A DNA stretch of 64,000 nucleotides, taken from positions 70,381 through 134,380 of the IMG/VR virus record IMGVR_UViG_3300034200_001443. One strand, written 5' to 3'. This document shows, piece by piece, positions 54,083-64,000 of this stretch; within the stretch, counting starts at the first letter, position 1, and every line of letters begins with the position of its first letter. Made by a program: the position numbers and the translations under genes. The notes beneath the pieces are model-generated. The model ran no database searches. It worked only from the letters and a program-made list of their open reading frames with translations, and was not told where the DNA came from. This DNA comes from a virus.

Positions 54083-54252
54083 AAGACTTCCTAAGAGATG
54101 TCTTGGATCAGGTCTGGACCCTGCTAGGCATGTTTATTGCTTGGCTAGTCCTTGACGGGTCTGCAAAGACTGTCGTAGGCTGGGCTATCGTCTTTTCTAT
54201 GGTGGTTTGGTGGGCTACATACCCAATCCGAAACTCCAGAGACGACGAATAA
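54079..54252 (+). CDS. Small two-TM protein (57 aa, not in ORF track)
   Basis: [30 protein letters not shown]...; ATGA overlap. Confidence 0.65.
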   Translation: MKDFLRDVLDQVWTLLGMFIAWLVLDGSAKTVVGWAIVFSMVVWWATYPIRNSRDDE

Positions 54253-54326
54253 CCCTCACTTGACTTTTTAATATAAATGCCTCTAGAATAGACTCTGACA
54301 CACGCCAGAGACATACTGGAGACATA

Positions 54327-54785
54327 ATGAATGCTGAACTAGTTCAAGAATATAAAACAAAGATTCAACCAATCTTGCCATTAGCTAAAAAAGCTTTTGG
54401 ATCAAGAAATCAAGAAACTCCTGCTCACGATGCAAGTCGTGAATATACACGTCTTCTTATTGAATTCCATAAGCGTGGAGGAAGTCTTCCACAACTAGCA
54501 AAAGCTTTAAAAGTTGCATACGCAGGTGTTCGTCGCCGAGTTGTTATGGATGATGTTGCAGTTGCTAGCATTAAACCAACAGTCCGTGCAAGTAAAGAAG
54601 ATGTAGAACGCTCAGCAACAAGAGTCTTAAAGGCTAAGGAAAAAAGCGTAGATGACTATCACGATCAACTTGCTAAGGAATATCAAGCAGGAATTTCCCT
54701 TTCAAATCTTGCAAAAGCAATGGGTCTAAGTTCGGCTGCACCTCTATACTATGGAGTACAGAGAAGTCTTCAGCGAACAAAGTAG
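54327..54785 (+). CDS. Two-HTH DNA-binding protein
   Basis: GGSLPQLAKALKVAYAGVRRR and GISLSNLAKAMG; related to 1815..2312. Confidence 0.65.
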   Translation: MNAELVQEYKTKIQPILPLAKKAFGSRNQETPAHDASREYTRLLIEFHKRGGSLPQLAKALKVAYAGVRRRVVMDDVAVASIKPTVRASKEDVERSATRVLKAKEKSVDDYHDQLAKEYQAGISLSNLAKAMGLSSAAPLYYGVQRSLQRTK

Positions 54786-54791
54786 GGTCTA

Positions 54792-56201
54792 ATGGGCGAG
54801 AGCATGATGGAGCGGATTGTAAAGCTGCCTCCAGATTTAAAACAAGAAGCTCTAGCCAAACTAGATCCTGAAATTGTTAACTGGCAATGGAGTCTTTGGG
54901 GTAGACCAGAGCAACTTGCGCCTGTAGGCGATTGGAATATTTGGGTGTACCTTGCAGGTCGTGGTGCGGGAAAAACCCGCGCTGCGGCTGAATGGGTGCG
55001 TGAAGAAGCAAGATACACAAATACAGGTCAACGACGTTTTGCATTAGTTGCTCGTACTGCAGCAGATGTGCGTGACGTTATTGTTGAAGGTGAATCAGGA
55101 ATTATGAATGTGACGCCTCCAAGTGAGCGTCCACTATATGAACCATCAAAGCGCCGACTTACTTGGCCTAATGGAAATACAGCAACTTGCTTTACAGCAG
55201 ATGAACCTGACTCACTTCGTGGTCCTCAATTTACACATGCGTGGGGTGACGAGGTAGCAGCATGGAGACAGACTCCAGATGCTGCAGGTATGACCGCATT
55301 TGATAACTTGCGTGTTGGAACTCGTCTTGGAGCAAATCCAAAGATTATGGTAACTACAACACCAAAGCGTGTACCGCTTTTATATCAACTTTTAAAAGAA
55401 GCAGAAAAAGGAAACAAAGTAGTTTTTACTAGAGGATCCACTTTAGATAACCGAGGAAACTTAAGTCAAACATATCTTGACACAATTGTTGGAGTATATG
55501 AAGGAACTCGATTAGCCCAACAGGAACTTTATGGAGAGATGCTTTCAGATGTTGAAGGAGCTCTTTGGACAATTGAAATGATTGAAGCTTCACGGCATGG
55601 AGTTCTCCCACCTTCTACTCCTTTACGAATTATTGGAGTTGACCCATCTGTTGCAGAAAATCCAAGAGATGCGTGTGGAATTATTGTTTGTGCATCAACT
55701 GCAGATAGGGATTTGTACAAGCGTCATGCATGGATTTTAGAAGATGCAACAGTTCATGGTTCACCAGAGATGTGGGCAAATAAAGTAGTTGAAATGGCAA
55801 GACGCTGGGGAGCTCCAGTTGTTGCTGAAGTAAACCAAGGTGGAGCACTAGTTCGTAATGCTATTAATGCAATTGACCCTAATGTTAAAGTTTTAGAAGT
55901 TCATTCCAAGCATGGTAAAGCTTTGCGTGCTGAGCCTACAGTTTTAGCTTATGAGCAAGGTAGAGTTCATCATCTTGGTTACTTAACAGATCTTGAAAGT
56001 CAAATGACACAGTGGATTCCAGGAGAAGGAAAATCTCCAGACCGTGTGGATGCATTAGTACACGCACTTACCGCATTAATGATTAAACCACCTGAAGGTT
56101 TTGTAGGTGGCCGCATAACAGCAAAGTCACCATCTGCAAGACGACTACCACCATTTAGAGGTGGAAGTGGTGGAGCTAGAGTCTTTAGTCCTAAAGGCTA
56201 G
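54792..56201 (+). CDS. terL: Terminase large subunit
   Basis: AGRGAGKT, LRGPQF...DE, TTTP, GVDP, E.NQGG and SPDRVDA. Confidence 0.93.
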   Translation: MGESMMERIVKLPPDLKQEALAKLDPEIVNWQWSLWGRPEQLAPVGDWNIWVYLAGRGAGKTRAAAEWVREEARYTNTGQRRFALVARTAADVRDVIVEGESGIMNVTPPSERPLYEPSKRRLTWPNGNTATCFTADEPDSLRGPQFTHAWGDEVAAWRQTPDAAGMTAFDNLRVGTRLGANPKIMVTTTPKRVPLLYQLLKEAEKGNKVVFTRGSTLDNRGNLSQTYLDTIVGVYEGTRLAQQELYGEMLSDVEGALWTIEMIEASRHGVLPPSTPLRIIGVDPSVAENPRDACGIIVCASTADRDLYKRHAWILEDATVHGSPEMWANKVVEMARRWGAPVVAEVNQGGALVRNAINAIDPNVKVLEVHSKHGKALRAEPTVLAYEQGRVHHLGYLTDLESQMTQWIPGEGKSPDRVDALVHALTALMIKPPEGFVGGRITAKSPSARRLPPFRGGSGGARVFSPKG

Positions 56202-56602
56202 TTAGATAACTTTCTTTTAGCTGCAAGCTCTTCAAAGTTTTTAACTTTTGTATCTCCTAGATATCCCCAAGCATATCCATCTGCAACAAGAGCTTCGTTA
56301 ACAGATTTTTCTGCACCGTTTACAAATAGCCAACCAAGAATACGTCCATACTTTTCAGAGCTGTCTGGAAGTTCAGTTCTAATAACAACTAGCTCAGCTT
56401 TACTAAGCACATCTTTAAGACGTTGTTTTGATTCAAGACCAAGAGCTTTTTCCATTTTATCTTTGGTTCGTGACTCTGGAGTATCAATTCCAGCAAGACG
56501 AACTCTCTGAGAGTAAGAAATATTAAAGCCTAAATCAAGCTCAACATCAATGGTGTCGCCATCAACAACGTTAGTAACCTTTTTTACACGATATTCATAC
56601 AT
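56198..56602 (-). CDS. Thermonuclease (SNase-like)
   Basis: VVDGDT, RLAGIDTPE and KYGRIL. Confidence 0.9.
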   Translation of the reverse strand: MYEYRVKKVTNVVDGDTIDVELDLGFNISYSQRVRLAGIDTPESRTKDKMEKALGLESKQRLKDVLSKAELVVIRTELPDSSEKYGRILGWLFVNGAEKSVNEALVADGYAWGYLGDTKVKNFEELAAKRKLSN

Positions 56603-56636
56603 ACCATCTAAGGTATCGTATTTTTAAATAGGTGAT

Positions 56637-59258
56637 TTAAAAGGTTCTAGCTACCCTAGTTAAACCACTCCAGTCAGTATCCCCATTAATAGGTACAGGT
56701 CTTGGAGCTATTTGAATTCCAAAGACAGTGGCTTTTGCTCCACTACCTTCAATCTTGTAACTACGCTCACGCATTTTACGGTCAAAAGCAATTTGAGTCA
56801 TAGGGCGTTCTCCACGATCCTCGCTCCATGTACGGTATTGAAGGAACAATTGCTTAACAGTACAGTTTGCACCTTCAGATATAAGTGTTTCTTCTTCAAG
56901 AAATAGAGCAAGTCTGTCTTCGTTCTTACGATACATATCAGCTGCTTCTGAAACAACTTTGCACCAACCAAGACCATCTCTGTTCGCACTTCCAAGCACT
57001 TTAATTGCACCTTCAACTGCCCAAGATAAAACTGCTGGAAGAGCACCATCTGGATCAAAAATGTATTCCTTAAGTCCAGGATCTGCCTTCTCAGGAGTCT
57101 TAAGCATAGGAATTGGTCGAATACGACGCCACATAGCATCATCAGTAATAATTGGTCTGTGGTTAGTTGTAATCCAAAGCTTTGCTTGTGATTGGAACGT
57201 AAATGGCTTTTCTCCTGGTGAACGAGCAGAAATTTCAGATGAACCAGTTAACTTCTTAACAGAGTTTTCTTTAATACGTTCGTTATCTGGAAGCTCATCT
57301 ACCCAAACCATTCTGCGCCCACGCATTTCAGCCCAGTGATAAAGATCTGTGCTTCGAGAAGATCCTCCATCTAAAGCTAAAACGCTTGAGTCAAGAGGAA
57401 ATGCATACTGACTACTTCCTAAACATTTAACAATTGCTTCTACTAAAGTATTTTTACCAGAACCAGCAGGTCCATAAACTAAGAAAAGAATGTCATAACG
57501 ACTTAAACCAGTTAACGAATAACCAGCAGCACGTTGAATCCAGTCTTGAAACTCTTTATCTCCATCTGTTGCAAAATCTAGGAATTGCTGCCATCGCATG
57601 TTGGTCATTCCTCGTGTATATGAAACTGGAGCACGTTTGGTTATATATAAATCTGGACGACCCTGCAATAACTCACCTGTTCGCAAATCAACTACACCAT
57701 TATTTACACCAATAAGATAAGGATCTTGGTCCCATTTGGCTATGTCGACTCTAACTCGTGGATCTGAGTTTGCATTACTAATTGCACTTTTAAGTCTTGC
57801 TTCAGATTTTGCTTGTGCAGCCCACGAAACAACTTTTTGTTGATCAGCTGGGTCATCATGTTTTGCTACTTCTGTAGCAATTAAAGCACCAAGTTTTTTA
57901 GAAGTTTCTTGTATGTGTAAAGACTCTACATCTGGCTTCCAATAACCATTACTCCATACAAACCAACCAAGACTTGGTGTGTAGCGAAGCGCTTGACCAA
58001 ACGAGTCAACTAAACGACGACCATTACCTGTATCGGAAAGAGTTCTTCCTTTCCAATTAGGACCTTTATCTTCTTCGCCAAGAGCATCCTGATCTGAAAC
58101 AGTTCCCATTGCTTTATTAGATGAAGCTTCTTCTAAGGACATACCGCTATTTATGTTTTCAGAAACATTGCCACCAATAGTTCCTGGCAAGTTGTAGTCA
58201 TCAAAATTATTTAAAGGTTGAACTACTCCAAGCATTGGTTGAAGTTGTTCCGAATTATCATTTAAAGTCTTACGAGTATTTTCAACCATGTTTTGTGCAT
58301 ACTGAGAAGCACCTGGCCAAATTTTATCAATAATAGGATTTTCATCAACAAACTTAATTGCACGTCTTGTATGCATAAGAAGACCATTCTGACCTTCTAA
58401 CGGCATTGGAGGTTTTACTTTTTCTGCGTTAAATCTAATCATTAAAGTTTCAACGGCAAGACGCTGAGCCTCTGTTTTTGTTCCAAATTTATTAGCAAGA
58501 GCACAAGCAAGCTTGTGAAGCATTACCGCTCTTTCACCTTCTATAAGACCTTCTTCTAGAATTTTGTCAATATCTAGACCCATACCTTTAACTGAATCCC
58601 AATCGGCAGATTCGTATGAGGTATCTCCAACCATATATTTTTGTCGTTTACGAAGAGCTTTTAATAAATCTTCTGGAGCTTCAGCAATCGGCATGTTCCA
58701 AGGTTCTTTACCTTCTACCCATTCATAAGTTACTCCAGAAAAATGTCTTGAAGGAGGAATTAATACATATCCGTTGTGCTTTATGTCAATACCTTTAAAA
58801 CCAAGTTTAGAAAGATTTCCAATTAAGTCTTCATTAATTTCACACTTGTAGTAAAGATGACGACCACGAATTATTTTTCCATTAATTTCATACTGACCTG
58901 TAATTGCTTCTGCAGTAGGAGGAAGAGCTCCTTCTACATACGCTTCAAATTTTTCAAAAGAATCTTCTCCACCAGAACGTGGATCAATATCAATTACAAA
59001 AAACCCAGAAGTTTTACAATTAACGCCAACGTTATATTCAGGATTAGATTCCCACCAAGAATTTAGTTTTGCTAAATCAGAAGTTGATTCCCTGTTCCAT
59101 GCATTTATAGCTGGATGTTTTCCAATGTCTTTTGACTCTTCATGCTTTTGACCGCAAGTACAACGACCTTCAACAATTCCATGACATGGAAGAATTTGCC
59201 ATCCTTGAGATGAATACCAATGCACTGCCTTTTGGAACCGTTCAGACCCAGTCGTCAC
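56637..59258 (-). CDS. Bifunctional Prim-Pol fused to a D5/P4-type SF3 helicase
   Basis: N-terminal KHP, DID and GRHLYY; D.GN..R; GPAGSGKNT; KKLTG; WRR. Confidence 0.9.
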   Translation of the reverse strand: MTTGSERFQKAVHWYSSQGWQILPCHGIVEGRCTCGQKHEESKDIGKHPAINAWNRESTSDLAKLNSWWESNPEYNVGVNCKTSGFFVIDIDPRSGGEDSFEKFEAYVEGALPPTAEAITGQYEINGKIIRGRHLYYKCEINEDLIGNLSKLGFKGIDIKHNGYVLIPPSRHFSGVTYEWVEGKEPWNMPIAEAPEDLLKALRKRQKYMVGDTSYESADWDSVKGMGLDIDKILEEGLIEGERAVMLHKLACALANKFGTKTEAQRLAVETLMIRFNAEKVKPPMPLEGQNGLLMHTRRAIKFVDENPIIDKIWPGASQYAQNMVENTRKTLNDNSEQLQPMLGVVQPLNNFDDYNLPGTIGGNVSENINSGMSLEEASSNKAMGTVSDQDALGEEDKGPNWKGRTLSDTGNGRRLVDSFGQALRYTPSLGWFVWSNGYWKPDVESLHIQETSKKLGALIATEVAKHDDPADQQKVVSWAAQAKSEARLKSAISNANSDPRVRVDIAKWDQDPYLIGVNNGVVDLRTGELLQGRPDLYITKRAPVSYTRGMTNMRWQQFLDFATDGDKEFQDWIQRAAGYSLTGLSRYDILFLVYGPAGSGKNTLVEAIVKCLGSSQYAFPLDSSVLALDGGSSRSTDLYHWAEMRGRRMVWVDELPDNERIKENSVKKLTGSSEISARSPGEKPFTFQSQAKLWITTNHRPIITDDAMWRRIRPIPMLKTPEKADPGLKEYIFDPDGALPAVLSWAVEGAIKVLGSANRDGLGWCKVVSEAADMYRKNEDRLALFLEEETLISEGANCTVKQLFLQYRTWSEDRGERPMTQIAFDRKMRERSYKIEGSGAKATVFGIQIAPRPVPINGDTDWSGLTRVARTF

Positions 59259-59446
59259 TAAATCTCTCCCTTCTTATTTTTGGTAACCCTACCAATAGAG
59301 CCAGTCAAAAGAAAGGACCCTTAATTTGGAATATTTGGCGTGTCCCCTAAGTGTACCTTGTTTGTAAAATAATTACTAAAGACGCCCCAGAGCGTATATA
59401 ATTGAGCATAGTCCTATAAAGGATAATCACATTTAGGAGTTTTGTA

Positions 59447-59770
59447 ATGTCTGATATGTCAATACTATCTACCACCCTTTTTGTGATAGGTGCAGTTACA
59501 GGAATTAGTGCTTTTATGTTTAGCATGTATAAAGTTGCTAAAAGGATAGATCAAGCAATAGGCGTAGACGCCGATGGTAAGACACTTTCTGATCGAATGT
59601 CAAGGGTGGAACATCAACTTTGGGAAAATGGCGGAGATTCACTAAAAGATCAAGTCAACTCAATCGCAAGTTCCCAAACAGAAATTAGAGCCGAAATGGG
59701 TATTATAAAAGATTTACTTATTGGGACAATAGAAAAACCAAAAAAAGCAAGGGTTAGAAAAGCTTCGTAA
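59447..59770 (+). CDS. Membrane protein with coiled coil
   Basis: N-terminal TM; NGGDSLKDQV motif common in actinophage membrane proteins. Confidence 0.65.
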   Translation: MSDMSILSTTLFVIGAVTGISAFMFSMYKVAKRIDQAIGVDADGKTLSDRMSRVEHQLWENGGDSLKDQVNSIASSQTEIRAEMGIIKDLLIGTIEKPKKARVRKAS

Positions 59771-59927
59771 TAATAAATTTTAAAGCAGTTTTATATAATG
59801 ACACGACACGCCGTATTAGACTATGTAAATATTTTTATCTTTTAAATGGTAGGGTTACTTGCTAGATTACCTGTTAGGTTAAGTTTTACTTTAGGGTTTT
59901 CTATTTACTCAATTGAAGGGATAAAAA

Positions 59928-60227
59928 GTGAGTCTTGCAGAAAAACTTAAAGAAGCAACTCGCACTGGCCCAGGACTGCCTTGCGGAGTATCAGTTTTAT
60001 TAGAGAGTTTAGAGGGAGAAGATAAAAAAGCTTTAGAGCTTATTTTTGCTACTAAGTCCGTTAGAGGAACAGTTCCCAATACAAAGATCCACAAAATTCT
60101 TATAAGCGAAGGATATGATATTGCCTTTGCTTCTATTAGACTTCATAGAGGTCAAAGGTGTAGATGCTTTACAGGAGCAGACGGGCTCCTAAGAAAAAGC
60201 TCTAATAAAATAACAGAGGCATCCTAA
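59928..60227 (+). CDS. Hypothetical protein (C...HR...C.C)
   Basis: TAATG-coupled to the phosphoesterase. Confidence 0.65.
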   Translation: MSLAEKLKEATRTGPGLPCGVSVLLESLEGEDKKALELIFATKSVRGTVPNTKIHKILISEGYDIAFASIRLHRGQRCRCFTGADGLLRKSSNKITEAS

Positions 60228-61441
60228 TGTCGGAGTTATTAAAAAAACTTGAAGAAATGGTTTCACCCGGTCCTTCAGGGTCAGATTTAAGGGTAAATCA
60301 AACTCCAGAGGCTTGGCGTCCTAGACTAGAGATAGATCAAGAGGGTGGTTACTTTGTATCTACCCCTAGAAAAGCAGCCAAAGAGATACCCGATGCTGCC
60401 GAGCTTTTAAAAGAAGCAGACTTAGATCCTGCTAACTGGGAAGTAAGAAATCTTAGAAAAGGCAAATGGCAAGTCTATGGTGGCGAATGGTTAGAATCTT
60501 TTAAATTAACTTTAGTTCCAATAGGAACTACAGAGTCAGAGCTTAAAGCTGATGCTGAAAAAATATGTGACCAATTAATGAAATGGAAGCCATCAAAAGC
60601 TGTTGGCACCGTTACAGGTGACCTTTCTTATATGGTTGTCGCTAGTGACCAGCAAATAGGTAAAAGAGTTGGCGATAGCGGTACTGCAGACATAATAGAT
60701 AGAGCTTTACGAGGAACTGACTTAACCGTAGAAAGATTAAAAGAGCTTCGCCGCACAGGAAGAAAAATTGGAACAATTGTTTTAGCACTTCCAGGAGATC
60801 ATGTTGAAGGTATAGTTTCTCAAAACGGAAAATTGCAGGGACAAGCAGCATCAGATTTAGGTATTACAGAACAAGTAAGAGTTGCTAGACGACTTCTTTT
60901 GGCTCAAATAAAAGCACTTAGTCCCTATTGCGAAAAACTTTATGTTCCAGTGGTAAATGGAAACCACGACGAATCAACTCGTCAAGTGGTGGCTGACCCA
61001 GCAGATGGTTGGAATACAGAGATTGCCAGCTCGGTTCAAGACATCTGTGCAGAAAATCCTAACTTTGCTCATGTAGAGTTTAGGTTTCAGTCAAAGAGCC
61101 ATCAAACTCTTGCAGTAAATATAAACGGTGTTATGTTAGGTCTTTTTCATGGACATCAAGCGGGAAATACCTCTACTTCAACTGAAAAATACTTAGACGG
61201 GCAAAGTGGTGGACAGACCCCGATTGGCGGTTGTGATCTCTGGGTTTCGGGGCACTATCATAATTTTAGATGCATGGATTATGGATCCCGTTTTTGGGTA
61301 CAAGCTCCAACTTTAGACGGTGGGTCAGATTGGTACAGGGATAAAACAGGTAAAGAAGCTCATCCAGGGCTACTTACTATGGTAATAGGAAAAGATTATG
61401 ACCCCCGCAGAGACCTAAGTGTAATAAAACTGCCTCGATAA
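60227..61441 (+). CDS. Calcineurin-like metallophosphoesterase
   Basis: SDQQIG, GD, GNHDE, HGH and GHYH. Confidence 0.85.
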   Translation: MSELLKKLEEMVSPGPSGSDLRVNQTPEAWRPRLEIDQEGGYFVSTPRKAAKEIPDAAELLKEADLDPANWEVRNLRKGKWQVYGGEWLESFKLTLVPIGTTESELKADAEKICDQLMKWKPSKAVGTVTGDLSYMVVASDQQIGKRVGDSGTADIIDRALRGTDLTVERLKELRRTGRKIGTIVLALPGDHVEGIVSQNGKLQGQAASDLGITEQVRVARRLLLAQIKALSPYCEKLYVPVVNGNHDESTRQVVADPADGWNTEIASSVQDICAENPNFAHVEFRFQSKSHQTLAVNINGVMLGLFHGHQAGNTSTSTEKYLDGQSGGQTPIGGCDLWVSGHYHNFRCMDYGSRFWVQAPTLDGGSDWYRDKTGKEAHPGLLTMVIGKDYDPRRDLSVIKLPR

Positions 61442-61481
61442 TTGTTGATTTTTTCAGGTCAGTGTACGAAAACTATCGTAA

Positions 61482-64000
<2,519 letters not shown>

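Noticed and set aside
29317-59258. Inteins/introns or an alternative genetic code in nrdJ, thyX, terL and the primase
   Set aside because: All are uninterrupted and of expected length in the standard bacterial code, and no suppressor tRNA was seen.

Overview
This is a 64-kb segment of a large, fairly low-GC tailed dsDNA phage. The host is most likely an actinobacterium (WhiB, DUF3039, MSMEG_6728-like and actinophage-type portal and holin genes); a freshwater low-GC lineage is only an inference. Layout: (i) 1-2.3 kb, leftward portal and adjacent genes; (ii) 2.8-24 kb, an early/host-takeover region of many small genes with sigma70-like promoters, ArdA-like antirestriction protein, a proteasome-beta/HslV-like peptidase, an SLT transglycosylase and a MoxR-type AAA+/VWA pair; (iii) an AT-rich origin candidate at ~27.4-27.9 kb near the strand switch; (iv) 29-50 kb, a metabolic/AMG block (class II RNR + candidate B12-binding protein + PduO, WhiB, Hsp20, dCMP deaminase, SpeD, ABC-GNAT, lysis genes, two tRNAs, ThyX, serine recombinase); (v) 50-64 kb, a PA14/FN3 surface protein, TerL, SNase, primase-helicase, metallophosphoesterase and a collagen-like fibre. 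The most unusual signal is non-coding. Several intergenic hairpins in the early region display loops complementary to the leaders/RBSs of early genes, including a terminator loop that is antisense to an AAAUGACGA motif in 8 leaders; this suggests a C4-like antisense network. Strongly strand-polarised short motifs (GGGGTAAAA at gene junctions, ACCGCA, GCCGTT, CCCGGAAA) also occupy successive zones. All family assignments come from motif recognition and all counts were made by eye; no searches were run.
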